This document shows positions 13,601 to 26,437 of a stretch of DNA of 64,000 nucleotides, piece by piece. A model generated the notes under the pieces. That model searched no databases. It saw only the letters and a program-made list of their open reading frames with translations, and had not been told where the DNA came from. The stretch is from Nageia nagi. Taxonomy: Eukaryota; Plantae; Pinophyta. Position 1 is the first letter of the stretch; every line of letters begins with the position of its first letter. The translations under genes and the position numbers were made by a program. The stretch is from NCBI GenBank assembly GCA_050084985.1, contig JBITNC010000001.1, positions 138,322,001 to 138,386,000 of the forward strand. The letters run 5' to 3'.

Positions 13601-15549
13601 TGGTTTGTTGATTTTAATGACTTTATTTTCAAACATTTAAAAACACACGAAACACATATAAGATTTCTAGATATAAAAAAAATAAAAATAAAAATAAAAA
13701 AATAGGATTTTATAATAACTTTTAAAAATTTATATTTGGTAGTGAAAATCACTTTCCACATTCTCAAAATTGAATTATCACAATAATGTTGAGTTCACCA
13801 AATTAACTTAATATCCTAATGCACATAAAATAAATTATATTTATAAATTATAATAAATAAACAAGATGAAAATTAAATACTTAGTTTAATTATGGAATTA
13901 AAATTAGTTTTAGATGATATTCTTGTTAAGTCAAATTTTAAAGTTCATACAATAAGGAGACTTATCATATAAAGAGTAGATAATATTCTTGATCTGGTAA
14001 TCGTATTTAAGGAAAGATCTAAAGTATGTGAAGAATTTATCCCTATGGAGCAAACTATAAAAAATGAGATACCCTAAAAAGAATATGAACAACCACATAT
14101 ACAAAAAGGAAAATGTTGAAGAATGGATAATGGAAAGAGGTAAAATCCAAAAGGAGATTAGTAACACAATAGAATGAAGGCTTAGAAAAATATTCAAACT
14201 TAGAAAAATCATTGGTGAAAGGAATACAACACCTCAAAGGTGATTTTCAGATAACATGAAGTGCATAAAAGAAGATAGACATGGGAAAAAGATATGTTGG
14301 ACACCCTAATAAAGGAGAAACCAGAAAGAAAGGAACTACCAAGGAGTCTATGGACAAAAATTAGTCAACACTAGATGGTTTTGGAAGAGGGATCTCCTCA
14401 AAATTGGAAAGAAATAAGAATGTTGTGAAAGGTTGTTGATCTACATGCTATGGTTTCTATAGCAGATTCACTAAGGAAGATATCTTTCTAATTGAAAGTT
14501 AGATTGAATTTTGTAAAAAATTGATGTCTAACATTTCTTGGACAATGAAGTTAGAAGAACATCTTGATATTGCACAAAATAAACAATAGTAGGATGTTGC
14601 CAAAAAAGTTTCAAATTTGTAATAACAAGTTGGGTACTTGTATAAAAAACCCCTTTAAATTTACCCTTACCAAAAAAAAAACTTTTAAAGTTCATAACTT
14701 TTAAAATGTAGCACTATTTAACTATTTATAAATATTCATTAGAAATACATCTTAAGGAAGAATGCAATGGTGGACTCTTTTGTCATTTTATAAAATATAG
14801 GTACAAATTCAACTTATTTATATATACAAATTTAGTTTTTGGATCTGTAAATATAAATCCCTTTATGTACTATGAAAATACAAACTTATTTGATTTATAA
14901 ATATATAATAATGATCATTTTCTCCTAATTTATTTGACTAACTTATATTTTTATAATAGATTGCATATAACTTTGGGCTTTTTTCAAGGAGAATGTTAAC
15001 AAAAATAAATGACAAGGCCCTCTCAAGTTACAAGCCCTTGGTTCTATAAAACTTATAAACAAAAAATAATTATAAAAAGCAAGTGAAGTGTATGCAAAGT
15101 GTATGAGAATAACTTTGTCCATATGCTAAAAATGTAGATCAAGTCATAGGATTTTTTAAGAATACCAACTATAAGATTTTTCAATTGAGCTTCTCTCAAG
15201 ATTTTGATTTTTTTGTAAGAATTTAATTATTTTCAAATGACCAAATAATATTAGAGTGTTCATTTCTCACGTAATACAAATAGAATATATGTAATTAATC
15301 TTAAAAATACAAATGAACCTCACTGATTATGAATCTATTTAGAATGTTAAAAATTATCAACTCCTACATATTACTATAGACTTAATGAAGAGTACATTCC
15401 AACATACTTAATATACAACCTTAATAAAAAAAATGTTATGCATAAAAGATTTAAAAACTAAATTTAGAAATATTTCAAATCTAACTAAAATTACAACAAA
15501 ATTTTATATGATAAAGATATTAAAAATTATATATTAAAAAAGTGTATAA

Positions 15550-16175
15550 CATCTTAGATGTAACATTAAATATTTATAAAAAAAATCATAAACATTTAAC
15601 ATTAAATGTACATTATTTTTAAATGAATCATCATTATTTTAAAAATAATTAAAATTAACAAATAAATGATATGATAGCCTCGATCACAGCAAATAACCTA
15701 CCAAAAAGATAGTTTCAAATTTTAAAAAATTGAATATTTTCAAAGAAAAGGTACAATATCCCATTAAACTCCATTTAATCCTTCAATGACTATCTTTATC
15801 CAATTCGTTAATAATTTAAGATAATAACACAAATATATGTCGTTATGATCGTTATATGACACCATCTTAAATGTAACATTAAATATTTATAAAAAAAATC
15901 ATAAACATTTAACATTAAATGTACATTATTTTTAAATGAATCATCATTATTTTAAAAATAATTAAAATTAACAAATAAATGATATGATAGCCTCCATCAG
16001 AGCAAATAACCTACTAAAAAGATAGTTTCAAATTTTAAAAAATTGAATATTTCCAAAAAAAAGGTACAATATCCCATTAAACTCCATTTAATCCTTCAAT
16101 GACTATCTTTATGCAATTCGTTAATAATTTAAGATAATAACACAAATATATGTCGTTATGATCGTTATATTACAC
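15550..16175. repeat. Near-perfect tandem duplication, 313-bp period, directly upstream of putative first exon
   Basis: CATCTTA(G/A)ATGTAACATTAAATATTTAT... at 15550 and 15863; only a handful of substitutions. Confidence 0.95.
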
Positions 16176-16305
16176 CACCTTTTACCCTTCACAACTCCCT
16201 CCTCCCTTGTTTGCCTCGTCTTCTCGTATCTGGAAGTTGAGGTGGTGGTGGTGGTGCGGATGTTGTGAGCACACCTTTATAATACACACATCTCTATTTC
16301 AGACA

Positions 16306-16376
16306 ATGGTGGACAACATAATAATGGGTGGTTTCTTCAGCAAGGAGAATTATCCAGAGAATGATCAGATTACAAG
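16306..16376 (+). CDS. KCBP: Putative coding exon 1 of KCBP-like kinesin (MVDNIIMGGFFSKENYPENDQIT-)
   Basis: ATG in good context (ACAATGG) after a C/T-rich leader-like stretch. Donor AG|GTATGC is phase 2, matching the phase-2 acceptor of the exon at 34928. Linkage across 18.5 kb is inferred, not proven. Confidence 0.5.
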
Positions 16377-16529
16377 GTATGCTCACTCTCTATCCAGTTA
16401 TACTTCTGATTTTTGCTACTGAAATCCTTGTCCTATAAAATATATAGTAGTTGTGGGATATACTTGTAGAGCTTAGTTATTGTCAATGAGGATATATATG
16501 ATTTTTTTGCCATTGTTCTTCACAATGGC

Positions 16530-16531
<2 letters not shown>

Positions 16532-16588
<57 letters not shown>

Positions 16589-16591
16589 TAT
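16532..16591. repeat. (TA)n microsatellite
   Basis: Run of TA dinucleotides with one interruption. Confidence 0.97.
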
Positions 16592-18681
16592 TTGGCATTA
16601 CTATGGACATCCTTATCTTGCGATTTCTGTAGAGCTTTTCCACCCATCTAAATAATGCCATGTTCTCCCATCTTATTGGATCAATAGTGTCCGTTGATGC
16701 CCTGAATACACAAGGAATTTGCCTTCAATGTTATAATGCCACCAACTTGTACGTTCATAATCTACTTGAGATCCATGGTGTCCTCTTAACGGTTAGAACT
16801 TACAAGGAATTTGCACCCCATCCAACTAATGATATTTCTCAGATTTGGAAATTTTTTCCATCTTGTATCAAGCCTTGGGCTGTGTGGTCATGGCCTTTAG
16901 ATGCAGTTTGGTTTGAACCATTCATATAGGTTAACCTTTGGTTAACAATGCCAATGGCCTTAAAGTCCTTCATCCTTCAACATTACAGTAGGCTGTTAAT
17001 GATGAATGCAGTTCCCTTCTCCTTTGAATATTAAAAACATTCATGGTGGTTTAAGATTACCTGTAAGATTTCTATTTGTTTTAATTTTATACCCACGTCG
17101 GATCTGTTTATGTTTCTGGAACAGAATGAGGTTGCAAGTGCTATCAGTCGATATGCTGTACATCATATAGGACTCGTAGCTCAATAACTTTATTTTAAGG
17201 CATGTACATGATCGTCATTATTATCAGTACGGCTATGCTCTGCCAAATTGTTTTTGTTGTTGTGGTTAAGCCCTCTTTGAGTTGAAGGATGCTACTCGAG
17301 AAATTTATTTCGTCTGATGCCTTTGATAATTAAAATGTTGGCCCATAGAAGAGAAGAATCTTGTTTGTATGGAGATTAAGGCTATAACACGAGTAATTTA
17401 TCCAATCATTAGTGCAGTAGTTAAACGTGAACTCTTGCCAAAACATTTCATTTAGCAAACATGTAGAGTTTTGCTACTATTCCTATCTTTACATACTCGG
17501 CAAGAGGATTGTCCGTAGTCAATTGTGATCATACAGCTTCTGCTGAGACGTATGTTGATGCTAGAACCACAGCCAAAAGTTATCACAACTTTCCTCTCAA
17601 CAACCCTCATTTCTACATTTCTATGTCTTTTTACTTGCTTTAGGGATTAAGCACCTGTAATAATACAATTGAGAGATTTTCGTTTGTCTTTTTTAAAGTC
17701 TCTTTTCGTTTTTATTTTCTTGTACTTTTGTCGATTTACCTTTGTTTTCTTGAGTTAAGCCCTATAGGTGACCTCAAAGCAATTCTTTAGGCAATTGTCT
17801 CAATTACTTTTTCTTGGGTGGAACTATTCTTGGTATTCAATAAAACAGCGTCTATCACACATTAGCATTGAGACTTTCATTGACTTTAAGTTTTAAACAC
17901 ACTTGAATATTTTTCCTAGGTCTTTCTTTCATAACATAAAAGGTGCAAGATGCTTTTTGCTTAAAAGAGAAGTTTTCTCCTTGATTACCCATGAAACCAT
18001 ACATCTGCTCAATCTGGAAGTAACCTGATAAAAAATCAACTCATCTTAACACTTGATATCATTTTGTTGACATTATCATGCATCGATCATTGCACCTAAA
18101 GAAGACTCTTTATATCTCGGTACTTTGTTGTTGAGGATTACTAGGCCATACAACATTCCAAGAGATATGCATAACATATACTCTCTAGTCACAATTCACT
18201 AAGAATCTCTTTACAGGCTCAATTCACATTTTGAAGACGTTCATAATTTCCTTTTAACTCTCCACTTAGAGACACCTGCAATTAGAAGTTCTCTTGATAA
18301 TATAGACGTATTTTGCTCAAGTTATTCCTTTGCTACCAACCAAGTCTTATCTTAAACTATTTATCTATCCTATCCTTTAACTTGAATATGTCAATTGTAC
18401 TCTTGTTGGTATACCCATCTTAGATATGTGGGAACTAATTTTCAAATCCTACTATTTTCAAGTGTTAAAATCCTTATTGCCTGTTTCTTGTTTGAAAATT
18501 GTTGACAAATGTAGCATTTTCATTTTTATTTGTAGTCCCTATCATCCCTTCTCTTAGTTGGTCCAGTATTTGGCACAGACTCAACTAATTTAGACAAAGA
18601 CAGGTGAGTTTTAGCAAGTTGAACCTTATTGGTTTTTTGTAAACACAACATATAGCAATTTTTGAGATTGGGATTGGCTTT

Positions 18682-21600
18682 TATTGGAAAATGAGTTGAG
18701 TTTATTTCTATTAATGAAAATAGAGTTTAAATACAATGGAGTATGAGAGTTACATTCTTATAGAATAGCGGAATAGGAGAAACCCTAAATATTAACTATT
18801 AAACATTAGTAACAACACTAATGTATATATTATCTATTGATCTATTACGGATTCTAATGTATCTAATATTAATTTAATGTATTATTTCTAACATCTCCAT
18901 AATACATTAGGTATTTACAGGACACAAGAGGAAGCTTTGAAAGTATTCAAACTTTCCACTGACAAGAGATTTGGTGAAGACATTTGCAAATTGTACTTTT
19001 GTGAAAATGTAATGGAGTTGATTGTTGTGCAATGAAATATGGTCACAAATCAAATGCGCCCCTATCTAAATGTGTTTGGTGCACTCATGAAAATAGGATT
19101 GAAAACCATATTTTGTACATTTTGATTATCGTGGTGCAGAACTACAAGTTATTTTGTGGAATTCTAATGTTTGTGAAAATGCACCATAACCATACTGCTT
19201 CACAAACAACATCAACTGCAGATAGACTTGGATGTGATGCTCTTCTTCTTGCTACCCCATGAAACTGGTCTAGATCCGAGGAAGAACACATATCATGTCA
19301 TTGATCTCCTATCATCCAAGGATATCCTCTATAATTTTCATTCATGTATCTAATCAAGATGAACTTGTCTTTCTTCTTGTACTCTAAGCCATAACTATCA
19401 ATTCCACAGATGTATCTCAAAACATGCTTTGTAACAGTCTAGTGGGCCTTCTTTGGTTCATGCATGAATTGTGAAAGATAGCTAACAACATAGCAAATAT
19501 TAGGCCTAATGTAGGCTAGGTAAATTAACCCTTCAATCAATTGATGATAGTGAGTTGAATTTACCGATGGAGAACAATCATAGCATGACATATGTAAACC
19601 AAGTTCAATTGGTGTGGACATCTGTTGGAAATCTTTCATCCTGAATTTCTCCAACAAACTCTTGGTGTACTTCATCTATGAAATAAATATTGATCATGCA
19701 TCTTCCAATCCTCCAATCCAAGGCAATAGTGAAGTAAACCCAAGGCATTCATGTCAAATGCTCTCTTGAGGTCATCTTTGGTTTTTCTTAAGACAATTAA
19801 ATCATCAACATATACTATAACTATGAAAATCTCCCCCACCCCCCCCCCCCCCATGTTGTCAAAGGTAGAGGTTAGGATCATACAGACTCCTATTGAAGCC
19901 ATGTTGTAGTATATGGTCATAAAGGTTTGTATACTAGGCTCTTGGAGCCTGTTTCAAGCCATACAGAGACTTGATCAATCTACACACTTCTCATTTTCCT
20001 GGATCAATGACAAACCCTTCATGTTGTTGCACATAGACTTCTTCCTCTTAGTCTCCATTCCGGAAGGTGCTCTTCACATCCATCTAATGGGATTTCTAGC
20101 CAAATTATGTAGCCAATTCAAAAGAAACTCTAATGGTCTTCATCTTGGCAATGGGAGAAAAAGTCCTCATAGTCGATAGCTTCCTCTTGTGCATATCCTT
20201 TGGCAACTAGTTGAGCCTTGTGCTTGTCAAGTGTCCCATCAATTTGTACTTTTTTTGAACATCCATTTGCATGGCTGACTTTCAATGTGGTAACTCGATA
20301 GATTCATGAACTATTTCAAGTTTTGGTGTATTCACCACCGTGCTGATTAGTGTCAAATTCACTTCCTCACTAGCCATGCTTCATGTCCTTGGTCTGGAAG
20401 TAGAAGTGTCTGGTGGAGCACTCAAGTTTGAATCCTACTGTGTCTTATGGTACCATTTAGGTCTTTTGACATATCAAGTGGAAAATTTACAATTGGATCT
20501 TCTCTCTCATCATCCTTATCATCATAATTGATTATGGTACCATTGTTAGGTTCGGGTACTACTATAGGTCGATTAGTTCAAGATTCACCAATCTCATCAA
20601 AAATGACATCTTTTCTAATACATATCTTTCATATAGTAGTATCCATGAGTTTATATCCTTTAGAATCACCAAACTCAAGGATTTGTCATTCAATGTCTTT
20701 CTTTTCTTTTTGGGAATGTGCATATGGTCAATTCAACCAAATACTCGAAGATGGGAGATAGATGGTTTCATTCTTGTCCATGCTTGTTCAGATGTCATCC
20801 CATAAAAAGTTTTATAAGCTACTTTATTTAGCAGATATATTGCAGTGCTTACTACATCGACCCAAAAAATTTTGTCCATCTTTGCATCTTTCAACATACT
20901 TCTCACCATTTCAACTATGGTCCTAATTTTCCTTTCACAAACCCCATTTTGTTGTGGTGTGTAGGGTGTGGTCAATTATTGTCAAATTTCATGTTACTTC
21001 AAGAATGCAGAAAACTCATTTGATAAGTATTCTCCCCCTGAATATGAGTGGAGAACATGTATGTAATGACCAGTGGAATTCTCCACATGAGATTTGAATT
21101 CTTTGAAATAGTGAAAGGTTTTGTCCTTTGTTTTTAATAGGTACACCCATATTTATTGGAGTAATCATCAACAAACAAAAGGAAGTGTCTATGGCCAATG
21201 TTACTAGCACTCATGGGTCCGCATTGATCGATGTGAAGCACATCAAGAGGTTCTGTAGCATGATATGTGCTAGCCTCAAATGGAAGTTTGTGTTGTTTCT
21301 ATATGATGCAACTAGAACAAACATTAGTAGGAGAAGCAAGAGATAGGAGGCCACATACCATATCCTCCTTTTGCAAAGTGATTGGGTAATTTGGATTCAT
21401 ATTTCCAAATCATCAATGCCAAAGGGTAATGACATCCTCAACATGAACATTGAGTGCTTGATTGTTGGAAGCTACAACATAAATCAAAACCATATTACCA
21501 ACTCGTTGTGCTTTTCCTACAATTCGATAATCTTTGGATTTGTCTTTGATGAAGCATTCTTCCTTTCCATTGACAATGTCAAAATCCACCTTCAGATTGT

Positions 21601-21960
21601 TGTCTAACATTTGACTAATGGATAGGAGGTTCTTTATGATTCCTAGCACATACAATACCTCTTTGATCTGATAATTGTTCTTTCCAAGATGTACATGAAC
21701 ATCACCCTTTTCTTCTATGTCATGGGGTTTTTCGTCACCCAAATGTACTTGACCATGATGTGAGTTTTCATCCAAAGAAATAAACCAATCCTTTTGTCTA
21801 GTCATATGCTTGGAAGAACCGAAATCAACTTACCAAGTAGATGAATATGAGGATTTATCTTGATGAAGAAGAGCAAGATTGTCAAATTCATGAGTCTCTT
21901 CTTCAGTATCATTGAAAACATTTCCTTTTTATTATCTTCATGGAGCTATTTCTTGGGCAT
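18682..21960 (-). mobile_element. Decayed Ty1/copia retrotransposon (PR-INT-RT-RH plus short 3' LTR ~18682-18893); gag side truncated
   Basis: Protease region SKHMTRQKDWF...LLSISQM; integrase TTPYTPQQNGVCERKIRTIVEMVRSML; RT IVYVDDLIV, LIYLAYIRPNI; RH remnant near 18960-19300; copia domain order. Confidence 0.9.
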
Positions 21961-21979
21961 GGACATGTTGAGATGGATT

Positions 21980-23095
21980 TGATACCCCAAGGTTTACTTG
22001 TCTTTGAAGCTTCAAGGGCCTCTTGCGACTCTAATAGATAATATGCAATAGGCTCTTAATAAATCTTGTAAATCTTTGGGACAACTTAAGAGAAATATAT
22101 AGGGGTTTTAACTCACAGTTTTATAAGCCTCAGGAGTTTTGGCAACAATCAAAAGTTGTAGGGTTAACAATAAAAGAAAAGAAGTAAAGAAAAATTGAGA
22201 ATGATGTGTATGACAATTTTGAATAATGTTGTAAGGGTAACCTATCACTAGTGTGCAAGGTATAGGGATTCGCTATTTGGATTTATTAAAAAGTGTTACT
22301 CAATGATCAAACCTAGAAACAAATGATAATGATAAGTGTTTGAGCTAGCCTTAGGTAAGAGCGTGAAGCAATAGTCACATGAGAAACATGGTTAGGTGAA
22401 GTGAGGTTTTCATGTAATTGTGAGTGAAGACTCCTACTCAAATTACATAAAAAGCAAATGATCCCAGAATACAATCACTTGTATGCAAGTTGTATAAGTG
22501 ATGGTTGTAACACTTGAAAAAATATTCTATTATCTTTTCTTAAAGCGTAGAGCTTTCAAAGAAAATAACCGCAACCATATACTCCATTAACAAGACATCA
22601 AAAACATCTCATAGCACATCAACAACTCCATGAAATGATAAGTGACACTTGCATTTATCTTGAATTCCTATACTTCCTCAAGAAAACAAATATACAAAGT
22701 GTTAATGCCACTCTATAATTGTAAGCTCCATCTCATTCCCCCTATTCTGGCTAGATATCTTCTTTTTATTAGATTTCTCCTACACCATTCTCCTACCATC
22801 CCCCACTTCTAAAATGACCTGTATAAGGTACTTATAGCTTCAAAAATAGACTACAATAAATGCAATGTTTCCCTAAAATAACTGAAAAGAAAACCCTTAT
22901 ATTCTTTATTACTGATAAAACCCTAATATTCTTTGTTATTGATAAAACCCTAATATTCTTTAATACTGATAAAACCCTAATATTCCTCTAATAGCCTAGT
23001 ACTACAAAAGTATTGACTATAGCTTAATACAAACAAAATATAGTTGCAATTATTGACTTTAAACTTTGAATCCGTGGGAGCTTAACTCATCATCA
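21980..23095. mobile_element. Probable solo LTR
   Basis: Termini TGAT...ATCA; flanks GGATT / CGATT (4/5 TSD); same terminus TGATACCCCAAGGTTTA recurs at 39687. Confidence 0.6.
22890..22990 (+). repeat. 4 x ~24-26 bp tandem repeat carrying telobox AAACCCTAA
   Basis: (C)TGATAAAACCCTAATATTCTTT repeated; first unit degenerate (AAACCCTTA). Confidence 0.85.
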
Positions 23096-23510
23096 CGATT
23101 CAAGTCTTACAATAAAAGTTTCACAATACCCCAAAATTTCTTATGCATGTAACCACATTTAATGAATTAAGGTTTCATAGGATGTTATTTCTCCTAGTGC
23201 TACTCCACTTCATTTGATGCTTCAAGATATCCAAGGCTCTAATTGAGGAAATCTTGAATCTTCTGTATCCGCAAGTCTAGTACATCAAATAGGCCAAAAC
23301 TTACTAGCAAAATTTGCATTGGTAATGATCATGTTTTGAGTCTTTTCTTTCGCATACTACAACCAATCTAGGTAAAAGAAAAAGTGTCAAATCTTTTCAG
23401 CTTTTTAGGTTAATAGTTCAGGTTTCCAATCAGTATCTTATGAAGCATTGTCATGTTATCTATGAGAATAGAAATATGCTTCTTTGTGGCATTTATTCTT
23501 GGTTCTTCTA

Positions 23511-24025
23511 CAAGGAATTGGATCACTTGGCGAGAAAGTTCTTCCCTATCTAGTTCTACTTATGTTTGTTCAGTCTTGACCTTCAACTCTTGGGGTTTGA
23601 GAGGCTTCTTTCCTTTTGAGATAGTCCTACTAATGGACATCGTATTTCATTGAGGGATAACAAAGGATTCCTTGCACCTCACTTGCTAGATTTTGTTTTC
23701 AGCCTTTTGTTCATTCCTTTGCTACATAGCTCTAGAAAAGGTGACAAAATCATAGAAACTTACAATTCTTATGCAAGGAATTGGGTCACTTGGAGAGAAA
23801 GTTCTTCACTATCTCATTCTACTTATGTTTGTTCAATGTTGACCTTCAACTCCTGGGGTTTGAGAGCCTTCTTTCCTTTTGAGATAGTCTTACTAATGGA
23901 CATCGTATTTCCTTGAGGGATAACAAAGGATTCCTTACACCTCACTTGGTAGATTTTGTTTTCAGCCTTTTGTTCATTTCTTTGCTACATAGCTCTAGCA
24001 CAGGTGACAAAATCATAGGAACTTA
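23511..24025. repeat. Tandem duplication, ~263-bp period
   Basis: CAAGGAATTGG(A/G)TCACTTGG... at 23511 and 23774; both copies end GGTGACAAAATCATAG(A/G)AACTTA. Confidence 0.93.
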
Positions 24026-24784
24026 GATCCATCTATGTTGGGACAATGAATTGCCATGATGAATCCTTCAGTTCTTTTAAACTTTCTCTAGCCCAAATTG
24101 TCTTAACTTGTACTTTGTTCTCACCCATAATTTCTTCCTTCAAACGGCTCATCTTTGAGGAACTCATTCTTCCTTCTACTAGTGTGTAAATAATCCCTTC
24201 AGATCTCCCTTTATAGATTTTACCTAGAACAGATATCATTTTTCATAAAAATAGGTGTCACTTCATAGTGGTATTCTCTTTTTACTACCCTTATCTCCTC
24301 AAGTACCTGAACAACATTACATAGTCTTGAAGTTGCTAATGTTAAAAGTTGATATTCTTAGGTAGTGTCTTCTTTTTCCTCCATTCCTACTTGGGTGAAC
24401 TACAAAATTTGGAAATAATACAGCTTTGGATAAAGTGCCTTTTTAAGGTTCACATTTAATGTTACACTTCAAGATATCAAGTTTGGAAAATGCTCTAGTC
24501 ACACCTTTGGAAAAAAATGGAAATATGACTTTCTCAAAACATGCGATCATCCTTCTCAACACTTGGCCAATTCTTGATGAAGATTTTTCATTTTCTCTTC
24601 AAACTTTTCTTCTATGCCCCTTCTAGCTTTACCACTTATCATTCAACCTTTCAATGAAGATGGAAACCCAACTGTAGTGTTTTTAGAGTTGTAGAACTGG
24701 GTTGCTCAGTTGTAATGTACCCATTTTTATGTTGTTTTCCCCATTTTGCCACTGTAACGTGGGAACATTTAGTTAGAAGTATTT

Positions 24785-26405
24785 TATTTTTTTTGGTCAA
24801 AGGTAAATTTATATTAATATTGGTTTTTTATATAGGATCAAAAAACCTATTTTTACAAAATTTGAACTATGTTATCATTTAGTTTGTGTACATTTCATGT
24901 CCTACACTCCACTTCCACAATCACGAGTATTTACGATTACCACAATATTAAAATCTATTATGTTATTCTTTAGAAATATTTGCTAAATTTGAAAATGCAT
25001 TTCTACACTTCAGACTTCGCAAGTAGTACTTGTGTGTAACATCTCTAGAGTCTTCTATTACAGTTTTGTGTGTTGCCTCTAGGTTGTTCTGGATCATTGC
25101 CATTGCTTGTGGGGATCTTGAAGAAGTTGTCTTCACATTTCCCTTGGTTGTTTTGGAGCCTTGGCACCATCCATATTTGTTGCATCATTTTTGCTTATGA
25201 TCAATCAATGTTGTCCCTCAAGCTTACTAAGTGGCTGAGTTTGCATCAAACCCTTGTTTGGAGAGGATTCAGGGGATCCATTTATAGAGGCACCAAGAGG
25301 TGGGCTTTCACTTGATTTACTTTCCAAAATCAAATAATCTTTAGGTGCATCTGGCAAGGGATCTTCCACTTGATTATTGCTTGGAAAAATGTTCTCATCA
25401 AAGATTTGATTCAAAACCTGAGAGTTACCATTTCGCAGCCTTCATCATTTTCAGAATCAGACAAGTCTTTAACCATTAGGGAGGCTGAGATGGAAGAAAT
25501 TTGATGCTTGTTAGGTGGATTTGCAAGAGGAAAATGCCACTTTAAGTGCCCATATTGTTGACATCGATAGCATCTTAAGGAAATGTTTTCATATTCAATA
25601 CTTTGGTTCCAGATTCTCCATTTTGGTGTCAAAGTGATAGATTGACACCATGGTTTTGACAGTGGCATCCAAAAAGCAATGCGAGCCTTACATAGGTCTT
25701 ATTTTTTATCAGTATTTATTCTTGTCAAATCATCAGGATATAGGAATTTTCTAATTGCATTTCCTATTTTTGTGATGGATTTCCTACTCCCAAATTCAAC
25801 AGGGAGGGCATATAAATTTACCATCAATGGTATACCATCAATCTCCTCAGAGAGAGGATTGAAATCCACTAACCACTCTCAGATGTACAGATCCCTTTGT
25901 TCGAAGAAGTATAGTTGTCTACACTCAAGGATCCAATCCCTATCTTCCGCACTATCACAAATGGTCATGAAAAATTATAGGGAAGAAGGATAAACTAGCA
26001 TTTTAAACCCCATTCTTCTTTAGCTATTTTTGTCAGATCCTCCAGAAAAGGATGCTTTCCCCTCATCTTGTAGATGATGGCACGAGCTTTTAGTTCTTTT
26101 GGATCCATTCTTGCTTCGTCATTTGCAATATCAATCATAATAATGGCATCACCTTTAGCACACATTTGCAAGGATTCGAATGGATGCTTGCATCTTCTAT
26201 GATCACCCGACCTATTTTTCCCATGGTGCAAATCCACCGAGCACCTAGGGTTTGAGCTCCTGCTTTTGCCATCAAGATTCTTCAAAACCTTATCCTCTTG
26301 TTGGTTCTCCAAGCGTCTGCTATCCTCATGCCTCTCATTCTCGATGTGATTTTTCATAGGGCTTGCGATTCTATCACACAGCATTCGCTCTCAATTCATC
26401 ACATA
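24785..26405 (-). mobile_element. L1-clade LINE derivative encoding only ORF1 (decayed), poly(A) tail at ~24785-24794
   Basis: DUF4283-like ARAIIYKMRGKHPFLEDLTKIAKEEWGLK; zinc knuckle region WNQSIEYENISLRCYRCQQYGHLKWH; no endonuclease/RT between ORF1 and the A-tail. Confidence 0.78.
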
Positions 26406-26437
26406 AAATTTTTATTTTTTTTCTTGGGGATATTTTT

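Noticed and set aside
10630-13900. Short ORFs and LTR-like patches
   Set aside because: No paired termini, TSD or protein motif I can support
13930-14620. Purine-rich coding-like stretch, possibly a transposase remnant
   Set aside because: Too decayed to assign a family or a frame
16473-16661. ORF with IYIYIY run
   Set aside because: Translation of the (TA)n microsatellite
17125-17190. Possible extra KCBP exon after TTTCTGGAACAG
   Set aside because: Stop codon in the required phase and no convincing donor; a 6-nt micro-exon cannot be supported
19831-19853. Poly-C/G run (G-quadruplex-like) giving GGGGVG in copia RT
   Set aside because: Homopolymer expansion in a dead element; no sign of function
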